Notes: generated from the letters alone by a model not told the origin. Numbered from the stretch's first letter, positions 1 through 15,929 are shown. The stretch: DNA of 64,000 nucleotides from Ramazzottius varieornatus (GCA_001949185.1 BDGG01000018.1:434001-498000); one strand, 5' to 3'. Translations and numbers: made by a program.

Positions 1-1163
1 GCGACCGTTGTCATCCACGTGCGTACTTGCACAGTGAAATATCTGCGCGGAGATGGGTGTGCAGGTGCATGATGTGCCGATATCGGATGGTGCAGTAAGT
101 TTGTCTTTCATGCACCTGCATACAGGATTGCCGTTGAGATATACACGGTCTGCAGTGTGCATGTTTGTGAATTTCAGTCGATTTTCCGTTGTCGACTTGC
201 TCCTTACGGCGCCGGTGTTGTTTCCTAATCCAGGTACCGCTCCTGATCAGTCGTCAGTCAGCTTTCTTCTCGATGACGACTCGAAAATCACGGACAACGG
301 GACATTCGTCAGTCGGCACCCAGCTGACGACTTGGAAAGTCATATCAGTATGCTAGAGCATGGATCCTTCGACCTCGGTGCCTCCGACACAGCTTCAGAA
401 GCCGAAGTGATTCCCTTACTGGATCCTCCACCAAGAACACCAATTGTTGTACAAGATCGTTCTTTGCTTTTCGATAGTCAGGAAGTTAATAGTGATGTAG
501 TGAACGGCTTTGACGATACGGTGACTTTTGCTCGGGATGATGATGAGGTTACTTCCTCCTTGCTGCATCGTCCTGATGTGTAGTTATATTAGATGCAGAA
601 ATTGTAGTATGAGTTCCGTGACCAAAAGGCAATGATCATGCCTCTTGTTTTTGGTGAGAAGATTGTGACTTTTTCTCACTGGAGACAACTTTGTAATAAT
701 TTGTTTCTCTTCTGGAAAATCTCCTGCTGTCCTGGCTGCACCTTTCTTCGCTTTATCCTTACTGTTGTTGTTTCTGGTTTTTGCTCTTCTGCACTGAAGT
801 AAAATTCGCTTTCCCGAAGGAAGCCATCCATCTGTCTCAATACCCTGAAAACTGTCTGATGCACCTGCATACAAAAGATTCGGCTTCGCTGTCAGGCTCA
901 AGCACGCAGGATCGCGAAATGCGAGTACCGTAAATGAACGCGGCTGAGCTTTCTGTGACTGGACTCGTCTTTCGCGAACTACTTGTGGTTACCGAACTGG
1001 ACATTCAACACGCTGGGATTTTGTCCGTCAACCTCAAATCAAATCGATTAGAAACGAAGTGACGACAATACAGCAAACACTTTCCATGTTTGATGTCTTC
1101 ACTGGATCTCGCTGTTATTATCCACATTACAAATCAGAAGAGAATTCAAGATGTTGAAATCTC

Positions 1164-2392
1164 TTAAACAGATGAGAGGACTGGCGGCTCGTATCCTTCG
1201 GGACGATCGACAACGGTTCCCTCGGCTGTTACGGCGTGGGTCATGGCACCCTTTCCTTCACCGTGCATTTCTAACAATTTCGACACTGCAGAACAAACAG
1301 CGTTAGCTACCGGTTGATTGACCGCCACCGTCAACTTCTCTTGATTGACCGGAAACAAAACTTACAATCGAGTTTTGGTTTCTTCATGACTTTAACCTTG
1401 CGAATGTAGACATCGTGGAGCGGGTAAATGCCTTGGCAGGATTTCTCAATGTCCTTGGCCATGGTGTCCAGCTTCAAATCTTTGACGACGTCAAACAAGT
1501 TCTTGGAAGAAACTTGACGTGTGATGATGTCCACCATTCTCTTTCGGATTTGCTTGATCTGAGAAGAACCATCCGAACTCAAACCTCTACTTCAGACTTT
1601 GCTCATGGTATGAACCATCCGAACTTCCAGAGAACATCGAATAAAGCTGTCAGAAACTGACCTGCGCATGCTGAGCATAAGCAGTCTTCCGCTGGGTGTT
1701 GAAGCGTTTAGCGGTGAAAGCAATGACGAAGCAGCGCAAAAGAAATCCATCAGTAGTCTTGACGTCAACGTGGGCTTCGATAAGACTCTAAAAAGTACAA
1801 ACGTTAAAAAGTACGAAAAGGTACGTGACAATGAGGTGGATGGATAGTGTTACCTGCCACTTCTTGACCATGGAACGGATCTTGTCGGTGGTTAAAGTCA
1901 TGCCGTGAAAGTTTGTCAGGACATTCTTGCCGCTGACATCTTCCGAAATCAGGCGAAACTTCCTGAAGCCATCGTCGCTGTTGGTACTCAAATCGGCCTG
2001 AGAAATCTCGAAGACTCGTCCTTTCAAACCTTCCGAAGCGATCTCTGCAAAGGAACGAAGGTACCATCACCGAATCAGTCAATCAACCGTTTACCAATCA
2101 ATCGACACCACACGATTTTCAGTCCCAAGCAATACCATCTCCTTACTTGTGCCTTGCGTCCGGTTGACGATGGTTTTGCCGATGTTCCGTGTATCAAACA
2201 TGCCAGGAGCACGGACGTCGTACCATTCCTTGCGGGTGAAGGGATCAATACTGCAACAGAAAGCAATTTCTTCAAAGACAGTCGGAGGCAAACTCGTATG
2301 CAGAGAATGGCATAGCACGACTATACTTACACCTTCTTTTTGCCTCCCTTTTTGCCACCTTTGGCCAACTTCTTGTTCTTCCCAACAGCCAT
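1164..2392 (-). CDS. RPS3A: 40S ribosomal protein S3a (eS1), multi-exon
   Basis: Spliced exons give [20 protein letters not shown] / [14 protein letters not shown] / [13 protein letters not shown]...[23 protein letters not shown] / [28 protein letters not shown] / [19 protein letters not shown] introns; ATG at 2392, stop at 1164. Confidence 0.97.
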
Positions 2393-3097
2393 GATTGTGG
2401 ATGAATCCGATAACAAGGAAACGCAACTTTGCTGGAGGAAGAACGATCTAAACAGGTGGATATATGATTCAAAGCGAAGAACCGGGTATTTTTGCCGATC
2501 GATCTGGCCGGATGCAGGCGAAGTTTTTGGATTAACGCAAGCAGGCCGTGTTGCGTACCCCTGCTCCATCTCACATTGTGATCGATAAGAACAGAAGCCG
2601 GCTCACTGACGTCACGCAGTCCGTACAACGACGAGCGACACGTGAACGGTTTTTCTTCGCGTGGATCAACACAGCCCCGGGGGTGATTGAGGCTTTCCCA
2701 AAAGCAGTGAACCACACAGCCGAACAAACATGGTTCTCAGCTGTTTAAAGGTCTGCGACATACTACAGAGTTCCCTGGAGCGCGTGTGACGTCACGGCTC
2801 ACAATAGTCATCCCGTAAAAGCGCAAAATTTGATTTGTTCATCTTTCCATCGTCAGTCCAACATTCTTGAATCTTGATTCATTCGCGATTCATCCAACCT
2901 TTCTGGACCGGATGCTGATTGGCAGGTGAACATGGATGTTGTCGGATGATGATGGTCTCGGGAAACTGTTGATCGTGGCGACAGGCTCAAGTTGAACTGA
3001 AACGTCCATCTCCTTCAGCTTTCTTTTTTTCCAGATGTAAGCCTCTGCTGTCAGTCCAAGGCTTGGTAAATATTCTGAATGTTTCTTAGGTTTAAGG
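2393..3097. promoter_or_regulatory. Divergent (bidirectional) promoter region RPS3A/INCENP with two CRE-like TGACGTCA sites
   Basis: Head-to-head ATGs ~700 bp apart; TGACGTCA at 2607-2614 and 2787-2794; pyrimidine tract (TTCTTCCTCC on the minus strand, ~2435-2445) is a candidate 5'TOP start for RPS3A. Confidence 0.55.
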
Positions 3098-6000
3098 ATG
3101 CCTCCTAAAGGTCGAAGTAAAGCGCAGACGGCACCTCGTCCAGCAGAGAAGCCTCGAGATGCGGTTCCCCAGTCCGCATCGCAACCCAGTACAAGTGGCG
3201 CACTGCCTGTCGTCGATCCTCTCTTGGTCGGATACCCTCACGTCGACGCCTTGATGTTGAAGGTTCGTGCACAAGCAGCCAACTCTGATATACCCAGTGG
3301 TGCTTCAGCGGCCATGGGTTGGTTGGAAGAGTTCAGTTCCAAGCTGCAAAAGATCCGGGAGAATCCGATGGCTGAAGACGTTGTTCTGCCACCGCCGACG
3401 ACGGCGCGCAAGACCGCTCCGCGCAAGACGGTGGTGCGCAAGGCTACAACGCGCAAGGCGGCTACGGAGCGAGCTGAGGCTGTACCTTCTGGAGCGAAAC
3501 GACGGACGCGGGCGGCGGATGAACGAGCACGCAAACTGGCTGAAGAAACACAGGAAATCGTCATCGTCGATGAAGTGCAGGTGACCGAAGTGATTCAGAT
3601 AGTTTCGGAGAGAATTGTAGTGGAGGAAAAGACTGGAGAGGGGGAAGAGGAAGTCAAGCCTGTGCCTGCAAAGCGACGCACAACCAGAAAGAAGTCCTCA
3701 GCCGTCAAACGAAGTCCGAAGTTAGAATCTGTTGAGATTATCATTCCCTCCGAAGCTGTGGCTAAACCTCCGGTAGTGGCAGAGCCTCCAGTGGTTGAAG
3801 CAAAGCCTGAAGAAGTTTCACAGGCAATCGTACCAAAAGATCATCCCTTGGAGGCCATCGAAGAACGTCCAACGGCTGAAGGACAGACTTCGCTGCCTTC
3901 TGCTCAAGAAGACTTAGTCGGCGACGGCGACGTCTCGATGCACATGATAACTCCTGAGCCTGCTGAGAACCCCGTGGAGGAAGCCGTTGAAGCAGGTACA
4001 ACTGAGGTGAGTGAGAAGGACTTGATGGAAGTGGAGCAAGTTTCAGGTCAAGAAGAGAAGCAAAGGGAAGGGGAGAAAGTGGAGCCTGCATCGGCGGAAG
4101 TAGAGGATGAGTGGGTGGTGGTCGATGAAAAGGGCGACAACACGCGCTTGCTGGAAGCCTTTGCTGTGGATGGAGAGAAGACTGCGTCGCAGGAGGAAGC
4201 TCGTCCCGCCGAAGAAGTAAAACGTCAGCGAGGATCGAAAGAACCGTCCAGCAAAGACAAGGGGCCGACGGTGGCCAATGAAGAGCGGAGCCGCTCGGTA
4301 GCGCTGGAACGGATGCGCGCACGCGATGCGGAGCGGGCCAAGAAGGCGGCCGAGAAACGCGAGGAACTTGAACGCGCGCGCCAAGCCAAGGTTTGTCCCC
4401 CTCTTTCCAGTTTCACTTTTACCTTCCTCCCACGATTTCATCCTCAATTCGACATACTTAAAATCTAAAAGTAATATTTCGTGCAATCCATAATCGCAGC
4501 GCAGAATGACAGGTGAAGTTTATTGTGTGCAGGTGGATGAACGACTTTCGTTTGATTTATCCTTCTTCGAAATGGCAATGTTGTCCTGATGCCTTTGTCG
4601 ATAGGCATCCCTTTGTGTATTCTAGGTGGAAGCACATCTTTTGGAGAAGGGAAAGAAGTCCAAGCTGAGCTCGACCACGCAGCGTCAGCAGGAGGCGGAG
4701 AGACGGCGAAAGGAAGAGTTGGAACGCTACATGAAGCTGGCGGCCAAACCCCTCACCGAAGGATCTCCCGTCCGTCAGACGCACTACTCGGGCATGAAGG
4801 CAGCTTCAGCCGCCAAAGCCACTACTCCATCCAAACCAAGTGCACTCTCGCTGGGCGACGTCCAGAAGACTCCACCCAAGCTGCCTAGTTGGCAAAACGC
4901 CACCTCGACTTCAACCAGCAAGCAAAGCTCGCAGACAGTGTCTCATCAACCTGCTAAAGGCTTCAAACAGGTAAGAAACATCGGAGGAGTAATCATTTGA
5001 ATATCGAGACGGAAACCACATTTTTTCGAAGGTGCCTGCTGGAACCAAGATCTTCACACCACTGCAGATGCCCAGAGTAAACGTGGATGGCCTTCGTGTG
5101 GCACAAAAGCACGTCACGGACCGCGCTGGCTCTTCCCAAAAGACTGCAGTGCCGGCAATACCCTCACTCGACAGTCTTCGTACCAACTTGACCGACAGCC
5201 AACACAAGGCTAGCCAGCCGACGGCCAGCACCAGCGCCACCAACCACTCCTCTTCCGGAGGTAGTTTTTGAGGAAATAATGAGAAACGAAAACATATGAT
5301 TCTAATAAACTCGAAAAAACTTGATTTTGGAATATCGGCGCTCGACAAAGAAACTCCATCCGATTGTTTTGTCAAATGACGCACTTTTACGTTGTTGGCG
5401 GCTGGAAGGATACGCCACTTTGCAGAGTATCTTGTCGCATTTATCTGTGGAAGTCTGCTGCACTTTTGTTGCCTATTGTGTGGTTATCTTTGCAGATGGA
5501 AATAGTCAGGAGTCTCAGCGTGGTCGAGCAATGTCACCTCTGATGCGGCTTGTCAAGAAGCCTCCGTCCGGTCTGAAGAACGGCGAGAAGGTGAAGGAAG
5601 GCGAGCCGGAAAGCGACAGCTTGGTCCGCCAGACGGCTTCCATGAGTTTGAAGGATAAAGATGACGTGAGCATGGCGGAGGCTCCTCGACAGGCAGAAGG
5701 GCTGGACCAAGTTGACAAAGACAAGGATCAAGAGACAGAAGCCAAGAAGAACATTGAAGTGCAAAAGAAGGATGAAGGGGTGAAACAGCCCAGTCTGCCG
5801 GTGGCTGCAGTCCGACAGAAACTCATCTCTCCCCGTATTATCAATGGTCAGTCCACTACACTAGTTCAAACTCCAACGCTTTACTGAATAATAAGGTTCT
5901 CTGAAAGCTTGAAAAGTCTTCAGAAAAAAAGAAACATCACAATATTTCCAGCAAGTAAAAGAGAAGACTTGAGCGCGGCAAACAAAGTGGACAACCATGG

Positions 6001-7872
6001 TTTATCCAAGTGGCGCACGTTAACAGCCAGTCATATTAAGAGCCTGCGCCACTTGGGAAAACAGTCTTGTCGAGTTTGCTGGCCCAGCTTCCAAATGGAT
6101 TTTGATTTCACTCAAACTATTTTCGAAGGATGACTTGATTTCAATTCTCCACCAAAGTCAGGGTGAAAAAATTTCATGAAGAATCAAGATCCGAATGGCA
6201 AATCTGAGAGCGAAATGTCTGAAAATATGTGGATGTCGGGTGATTTTGCAGGTGGTTGCAGCAAGGAGGACAACGATCAGCCGTTGACAGCGGCCAACTC
6301 CACCTTCATCTATGTTCCCCGCTCGGCTGATCAAGCAGGCCTCTCCACGACCAGCGACGTCCAGCCCAAGCAGCCTTCCGTCGAACTCACTGGCTCCACC
6401 TTCTCCACTTCGGCCTTCCAAGCTGCCAAGTCCGTCTTCAGCAACCTCACCAACCCTTTCTCCGCCTTCCAAAGCCACACTTACAGTGCCAAGCCTGAAG
6501 TTCCCTCTTCCTTCCACACCGAGCACTTCCCAGTTCTTCCCCAAGAGAAAGAGAAACCTTTTTCTACCTTCAAAATGGAAGAACCAACCAATAATATGAT
6601 ACCCCAACCTTCTTCTTCTTCTCACTTAGACACTCTCAAGTCGACCAATCCTTTTTTGACGTTTTGTCAAAGCGAAAAAACTTCGAAAGCTCCTTCGTCC
6701 TGTACGGCTTTCTCAGCTTTGTCTCCCAAGGGGGAAAAGCTCACTTTTTGTAATCTACAATCCAGCACTTTTGTCTCTGTTTCTTCCAAGTCCCACTTGG
6801 AGGGGGCCAAATCTCCTCAACCTTTCTTCACTGTCCATCCGGAACCCCAGAGCAATCCATCCAGTAACAGTTCCACCAATGGCTTCGCTGCAGGTACAAA
6901 AGTCAATCGGGATTTTTATCATGAACCAAAATTCAGACCTTTTTCCGGATTTCTGAATTGATTTTCATTGAAATTCTGCAAGTTTTTTTGGGATGTTTTG
7001 CTTGGGATATTTTTGGCGGAAGAATGAAGGAGGGGTTATTGCTTTTTAGTTGCTGGTCCTCCAACGGCTGTGAAGGTGGATATGCCGTCGCAGAAGCTCC
7101 TACCGACTACTTCGCACAAAGTGCCTTCCGTGGTGGAAGTTATCAGCTCGAAGCCTCCCGAGAAACACAACAGCAAGAAACGCCCGGCGGAAGACGTCCA
7201 GACTTACGGCTTGGACATCCAACAAGACGACGATACGGTGAACAAATATTTTCCTTCAGAACCAGCTCGATAAATTCTTTTCAAGAGGTTTTCCCAAAGT
7301 GGCGCAGGTTTCTGACGCTATAGACTAGAGAAGGCACGACGAAAATGAAACTTTTCGCCGTTCTTCGCCGTGGCGAAAAGTATCGTTCTCGCTTCTCCGA
7401 GACTGTGGGCGTGCGCCACTTAGGAAAACCATCTCTGAGAGTTTGTTTTTCCAAGTGGCGCAGGCTGCTAATGTCATTGGCTGGAATTATGCGCTGGAAT
7501 TATGCGCCTTTTGCCTTGACTCTAACGTTTTCTTGGTTTTATGGTGTGAAATGTAGACATCATTTTTGAATGTTGCAGGACGACGAGGACAACCCGCGGA
7601 AAGTGGTGCCGAAGTGGGCCGAGTCGGCAAACTTGTCGGCACTGATGCGCAAGCAGCTGTGTCGAGAGATCGATCTGGACATGACGTTCGAAGGGGCGCG
7701 TCCCTCAGAGAAGGTGGCTCTGGGCGCCATCTTCCAAGCTCCCGAAGCACGCTACAACAAGCGCACTTCCTCGCAGATGTGGACCCATCCTCCGCTGGCT
7801 TTGGGTGTTTACACTCCGCACGGCCATCTCAAGCATGTTAAAGAAGGCCTTGAGAATATCGAAGATGTTTAG
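3098..7872 (+). CDS. INCENP: Inner centromere protein (INCENP-like), ~7 exons
   Basis: C-terminal IN-box YGLDIQQDDDT|DDEDNPRKVVPKWAE...IFQAPEARYNKRTSSQMW; N-terminal MGWLEEFSSKLQKI resembles the INCENP-N helix; charged SAH-like stretch (RMRARDAERAKKAAEKREELERARQAK). Internal exon boundaries are approximate. Confidence 0.85.
5374..5420. repeat. Palindromic N27 element, degenerate unit (INCENP intron)
   Basis: AAATGACGCA-N27-TACGCCACTT, flank ATCTTGTCG. Confidence 0.7.
6008..6054. repeat. Palindromic N27 element (INCENP intron)
   Basis: AAGTGGCGCA-N27-TGCGCCACTT, flank GGGAAAACAGTCTTGTCGAGTTTG. Confidence 0.9.
7297..7499. repeat. Palindromic N27 element, decayed multimer (INCENP last intron)
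   Basis: Left arms 7297 and 7453, right arms 7412 and ~7490; core TGTCATTGG. Confidence 0.75.
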
Positions 7873-8128
7873 AACGGAGGTTTTCCACTACTCTTTCTTT
7901 TTATTTTGATGTCGTTCCAACTTCTGGGAAAGAGTTCGAAAGACGGACAACGTGTTTTAAAATATTTTAACTGCTATTAACTAAAAGTGCTCATATATTG
8001 CAACCCAACTTTGATTTCGTTCGTATGGTACCAGTCCTGTCTGTTTATACTACTGTTAGATGAGTTTTTGACAATGTCGGTTTGTACGATAAAAAATTAA
8101 TACTGATTATAAGTTTGATTGATCTGCA

Positions 8129-8175
8129 AAGTGGCGCAGCTTTTTATTGTTATTGGCTGAAAGCGTGCGCCAGTT
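8129..8175. repeat. Palindromic N27 element, the only non-intronic copy (3' of INCENP)
   Basis: AAGTGGCGCA GCTTTTTAT TGTTATTGG CTGAAAGCG TGCGCCAGTT. Confidence 0.9.
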
Positions 8176-10694
8176 AGGAAAACCTGGGAAAACTTCCAAA
8201 CACGGATCCGTCTCTTTCGCAGTTTAAACTCATGAGTCGGTCAGTCAATGGATGGCAAGAATGGACCATAAACAGCGCGAGGGGCATAGCTGAATTAAAT
8301 CACAAAAATGAGTAAAAGTATCCAAAAACCAATCAACAATCCTCAAGAAGACCGGTAATGTAACACGTAAAGACCGAGTGAGATATATTACTAGTATTCG
8401 TAAAGTATACTACCTTTACGATTCACAAGGTTCAGAGTTCCGTGATAGCGAACATGCGCAGTACACGTGCTGAAGCAAAGAAAACCGAGAAGTAACTTTC
8501 GATACTGCCTATCTAATGACACAATTGTCGTATCTGCTGCAACTCTTCTTCACAGTTTAAACGTGGAACAGCTGTGATGAATCCTTGGAGAAGCGGGCGG
8601 AGATGACCACCGTGACGACGGGGTCGGCTTCCCTGTTCGGCTTGTGCTTGGGCTTCTTGCTGCTGATAATGCTTCCTTTCCGCAGTCAGGCTTTCCGACT
8701 TGGCCTTGGCATCCGCAACCTCATCTCGTTCCAAATCTTGGCGATCTGCAAAATCGAGAGAGGCGGACGCTTGCGATGGGCAGTATCTCCCCTGTTTACC
8801 TTTACTCAAGTTTGCTTTTCGCTGTGGTTAAAGTTTGATGAGGCACTTTGACTTGCCGTAGTCAAGCTCAAGCTGCTGTTGCAGCTGAGGTGACGTATGC
8901 GGTGTTAAGGTGGAAGGACTGTGTCGACTGGCATCCATCTTGTTCCATCTTTGCAGGAAGGAACTTGCTGTGTCTTGGATGCTGCGCTTGCCCAGGTGCA
9001 GATAGTGTCCGCACCTCCGATGACTTTCTGTCCATGGAGGAGTAAAGCAAGGAGAATTAGTATGACGACATCCCCCTCTCAACGACATAGCCGAAAGACC
9101 GGTACTGTATATAGTATTTCAAACTGATTTTGAAGAACCATCACGAGGTTGTCTCATATTGGGGAACACAAGCAGTCAATCAGGGTTCCTTACCCCTGAC
9201 AGTATCGCGGTCACATATCCGAGCGTCGACGTCACTGCAAAAACTCGTCATCACCAAAACAAGAAACATGGAGCACAACATGACGGCATTCTCACAGTGT
9301 CGACGGCCCATTATCCACAACACCAAAGATCGCGCTCTCACGGAAATTAAAGACTTGCAAACTGTTCCCGCGCAATCATTTCGGTCAACTTTTATACGTA
9401 CATCGTCATGACCAGCAACAACTTTCCCAAATATGTCTCGACATACTTGGACTGCAACCTTCTTGCTATTCATTCTCACGGTTCCAGCAGCACGGAATTC
9501 GCCGAGCTACTATCCGAACGTACGGTATATTACTGAGGATTTTTATGGACCCACCGCGAGATGCAAAAATGCTTCTGTGCGGTTGGTCACAATTGGACTT
9601 AGTGCTGGCTCCTTTGAATGTGGTTCTGCACCACGTTCCAAGCGCTCCGACGTTTCGGCCTACGCAAGGGAATCATGGAGCATTCTTCTGTTCCTTACGA
9701 TCGCGCCTGGGAGGCAGACACAGCCAGCTGGAATCTACTCCCACGGAATCGCAAGTCGATGCAGTTTGTCTCCGAAACGCGTTACGCTGCGGCTACTCAT
9801 GCTTTCGGAAAACCATCCGAATCTCCCAAACCCACGATTTTTATGTTTACCATAAAAAGCCTCGTAACACCTAAGGTCAGGCTCGAGGAGAAACGAATGG
9901 CGCCACCTGAAGAAAATCGCACAAGAAATTAAAGGAACAGAACGACAAATTCAAGATACGACAGGCAGTCAATCGCGTGGCGCCTTGATGGATATACACT
10001 GTAATTGGATATGGACAGCAAACGATCGATCCGCCATTTTCCGTCGGTTCAGATTTCAAAAACCCGATTCACTCTCGTCATTTCGCGTATCTCTTCGCTG
10101 ATTCCGGATGTAAACGGTTTACATTACTTCCCCGCAGCGTGATTGTATAGGTTTCCGGACGTACACAGGACTTACAGGTGGAGTCGAAGTTCGGACGGTG
10201 CCATCGTTGTCCGACTCCGCGAGGACTTTATCCTCCTTTCGCTTTACGGGCCATGGTAGCACTCCGTTCAGGGACATATCAGCACCTTCGGGTAACCACG
10301 GAGGTCTTTTCCAAAACGGAAGAGAGGACGATTAACAGGTTGCGGGTGCCAGGAAGGATTATCTGGTGCGATGAGAAACACAGTAGGAAATCAGAAAATG
10401 GCGCGCAATTGTCTCCCAGTTTCCGGTGAATGGTGGCGACTCACCCTCAGGGGTTCAGCTGTTCACCCCAGCAACACGGAAGGGCTTTTTGTCCAAAGAA
10501 CCCGAAATTTTTGGATTTTCTCAATTTTATTTTGCTGCGGACCGGAAGTCCTCCAGATTCCCAAAGAAACATCCTGAATTCAGTTGTCAATGTCTAGTCG
10601 GTGCACTCTTGACTCTCAAGGATAACCATCGTCGGGTTGTATTTGGTGGCTGTAGACGTGTTGGTTTTGAACGTGGAGGACATCGCGATCGGGA

Positions 10695-12750
<2,056 letters not shown>

Positions 12751-12797
12751 TATATTACTTTTCGCATGAGTATTCCGGTCTATGTCTCATTCTTCTC

Positions 12798-14270
12798 TTA
12801 TTTTTCCATCATGTAGTGCTTCATGGAATATTTCGAAGTAGACACGGTGGAAAGTAGTGCGTTGGAGAAGAGAAATTTGCGGAGTAAACACGAAAAGAGG
12901 AAGAAGGGCAGAAGCCAGAAAGTAAAGGCGGCGCCTGCTGTAGTCAGTCTGTGAAGGATGGTCGTCTGTACCCAGACGGGCACAACCGGGAAGTGAACAG
13001 TCACTTCCATGTGGAATGGCTGGTTGAGCTGTGGTCCTTTAACGCATATCGGCGAAGTGGTATCCAGTATAGTCCGAGCTGCAAAAAGCTAATGATCAGC
13101 AGGGTGAACAGGCAGGCCGCAGGTGGATGCGGGAATTCGTGTAGGTGAAATGAGAGCTTGGTAAAGGCAAGATCGTATTCGGCAAGATCGTTTGTTCAAG
13201 TGACGCACATTCTGGTAGTTATTGGCTCAAGAACTGCGCCACTGGGAAAAAAACGATCTTGTCGACTTTGACTGTTTTCCCAAGCGGTGCACATTTACGG
13301 TATTACTGGCTAAAGTGTGCGCCACTCGATGAGACGGTCTTTTCGACGTTGTTTGCCAGCGTCCCAAATTGTTCCTATACTATGAATTGTGCTATACCTT
13401 TTCGGAATGCTCCGTTTTGCATCAGGCTGGATAATGAGAAGTCGTTGACGCTTGAAGAGTTCATGTTGATGATCGGATCTTGCAGCGAGTAATCTTCACT
13501 TCCTTGAGGCGGAAGCGGTGAGGTTTGAACGAGGCGGAGAGACCCATCAGCGAGGAACTGTGAGCAAGGTGAAGCCGAGTTGTGCTGAATGATCGCCACC
13601 GTCGACATCCGGAAGTTGCTTCGTTGCTGAAATGGATATGAGGAAGCTTACAAAAAATTCACTCAGAACTAGTACTACAATATAAATATGTGTTTCCGAA
13701 GACCTACCCGTAAGATAAAATCGAAAAAGAGGATAAAAGTGAAGCCCACGATTCGCTCGTCGTTGTCCAAAGGAATATCCAGGGTGAGCTGAAACCTGTC
13801 GGGCTTCTTGTCCTCGTCCAAGTCTTCCTCTTTGCTCTAGAAGGCAAAGTTCGTCAACACATGATCGGTGTCATCAAAAAGCGAATGTCCTACTCGAAGC
13901 ACTGCGGGTCGGTAGGCGGAAGTCATCAGTTGGTTGTACTGTGGCATGGTACTCCAGGTCAGAACGCTACCGGAAGTTGTCTCCATATTTATCATTGCCA
14001 TTTGCTGGTACCGAACAAGAGGTTGTTCGTAGATGGTGGTGTACAAAGGCCAGATATCTTCGCGGAAAGCAAAAACAATCTGGTGTGAACTTTCAGCTGT
14101 ATCATGATGTAGACGAAAGTTGTACCTGAGTTGATGGCGAGCAAGGCAATGGGCACTGCCAGTGTCAAGGCCAGCAACAAAAGCTGGACAAGAACTGCAG
14201 CTGAGGTAAGGCTTCCTTTGTGCTCCTCTTGCACATCCTGATTATACACCGTCATGTACGCCATCTTCAT
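12798..14270 (-). CDS. TMEM231: Transmembrane protein 231 (ciliary transition-zone MKS module), multi-exon
   Basis: N-terminus MAYMTVYNQDVQEEHKGSLTSAAVLVQLLLLALTLAVPIALLAINS then IWPLYTTIYEQPLVRYQ (cf. recalled TMEM231 WLKRSSYEEQPTVRFQ); C-terminus QPFHMEVTVHFPVVPV...FWLLPFFLFSCLLRKFLFSNALLST. Two terminal TM segments. Confidence 0.8.
13198..13327. repeat. Palindromic N27 element dimer (TMEM231 intron)
   Basis: Units at 13198 (N27) and 13282 (N26). Confidence 0.85.
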
Positions 14271-15929
14271 GAATTATGCCGACGCTTTTGCAACAGAGTA
14301 AATTGAAAGCTAAGCATATACCTAACTTCTCGCAAGCTAACCCACTCGTCAAGTCCTCGACCCGACGAAGTAAAGTAAAAAGTACCGTGGGATTGCCCTC
14401 AACCTCATCAATCATTACTTTCTTCGAGCATGTCAGTTTCGGTGAAGAGCCTGGCTGGATTTACCTCAAGTAATCGATGAGCTAACTTACAGGGTGCGCA
14501 CCTGTGCTGATCTGGTAACACGGAAGTGGATCGATAAAGTCAGGGGCGACATGTTGAATCTACGCTGCACGTCCTGGTCGTGGCGGTTGCAGTTGTGCCC
14601 GAAATTGATTCTGCTCTAGATAAAAGATGCTCGGCTTAAGGTCGGCATTGGGTTTCCAAATGTCAGCATGCTCCAAGTTACTTGAGCATCCCCAGCAGCC
14701 TGTTTCCGCCCTGAACATCCCGAAACGATCTCTTTCTCCATTTTCGTTTGGTACACTCCTACGATTATCGCTCCGACAAATGGTCGTCAGGATCCATAAC
14801 CTTGCAACATTCAACGGAAAAAATATCAATCGCGCAGAGAATCAGGCATGTATTGGGATGATAACAGCACAGCACACAGTTTTGGATGGGGTACTCTTAT
14901 ATATACATTTGTATGTATCCAAAACTGTGTGCAAATTTTGTGAATATCCGTTCCGACAAAAACTTTGCTCGATGTCGAGTTCCGTTGTGTCGGCCTTGTA
15001 TACGTCGACCCTATCCAGATCTGAAGGATACAAGGAGAGACCCCAGGCCGAAGTAGCGACTACGACCTTGTCGGAGTACAGTACAAAGGTTCAGTCTGCG
15101 TTTTGATGGAGCAGAAGAGTGCCATGGTCCGGTCGGTTGATGGTAACTTTAATTTCCTTGTTGAAACAAAACTCTGCCCTTGACATGGACTTCACTTAAT
15201 TCTTTCGTGCAGGGACAGCTACATATATCCGATACGGTATGCAGGAAGTTCAGTAGCAAGGCGGGAGGTTATTTTGATGTTCTAAACCAAGAAGCCGATT
15301 TGCAAACTTACGGACTGTACACGTAGGTGCAGAGTAAATCTGGGGATGTGCCGGATCTGTTGTTTTACTTGGATATTGCCGGCTAGCTATCTAACATCGA
15401 ATCTCTCTATTATCTGCGAATCTGACAAACGATAAAACGAACTGAGCATATGTACAAATGTCGAACATCCTTTCCAGTCCGAAGTCACGTGCCACTGTAG
15501 CATCCAGCAGTCGTAAGTCCAGTAACGTGACATCGGGTTGGCAAGCATGTTCGACCTTGTACATGCCCAACCTTATGAACTGTGGATGATGGACAACGTC
15601 TTTTACGAACTTTGAAAGGGCAAAATACAGTAAGAACGACTTGCTTTGTTCAAGTGAATTATAGAAGAAGGCTCCCCGAGCGCCCCTGTGTGGCTGTGTC
15701 TATACACCGACTAGCCGTGTCCTCCACTGCCCGTTATTCCCTGTGACGGTATGATCTGCTCAATGCTTACTCTCGGTGCATTCCCTCAAAAGGCTTCGTT
15801 TTAAGTCACTTGGTTTAATGCCAGTACCTTGCTTTTTGTGAAGACGATCTTCAAGAAAGTGTTTCACTTTTCGTCGGCTCGCGGGACTAGTGGAGAATGG
15901 CTAACCTGGCAGCAAAGTAGGCTGAGTCC

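Noticed and set aside
53-901. 176-aa plus-strand ORF and 105-aa minus-strand ORF at the window start
   Set aside because: No recognisable domain and no consistent spliced model. They could belong to a gene extending beyond the window.
1288-2329. Intronic snoRNAs in RPS3A
   Set aside because: No convincing box C (RTGATGA) and D pair with a terminal stem in these short introns.
3193-3202. Lone AAGTGGCGCA-like half-sites (3193, 54084, ~59509, ~60873) and a lone right arm at 24522
   Set aside because: No partner arm at 26-28 nt and no flanks. Most are in coding sequence, so they were not counted.
3238-4486. Long antisense and alternative-frame ORFs over INCENP, RIOK2, IBTK, GCDH and others
   Set aside because: They are shadows of real coding exons with biased composition.
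6008-6054. Arms as CTCF sites (AGGTGGCGC-like)
   Set aside because: The consensus is AAGTGGCGCA and lacks the CCAC/CCAG-N-AG 5' part. The similarity is only partial.
8281-8300. GGGGCATAGCT tRNA-like start
   Set aside because: No B box or cloverleaf follows.
8513-9932. ORFs between INCENP and RIOK2, including a signal-peptide-like 140-aa ORF
   Set aside because: No homology recognised, and the exons cannot be joined convincingly.
14488-14500. TACAGGGTG TIR-like starts (14488, 18282) and GGTTGCCAAC (~32476)
   Set aside because: No matching inverted partner found, so no element could be delimited.
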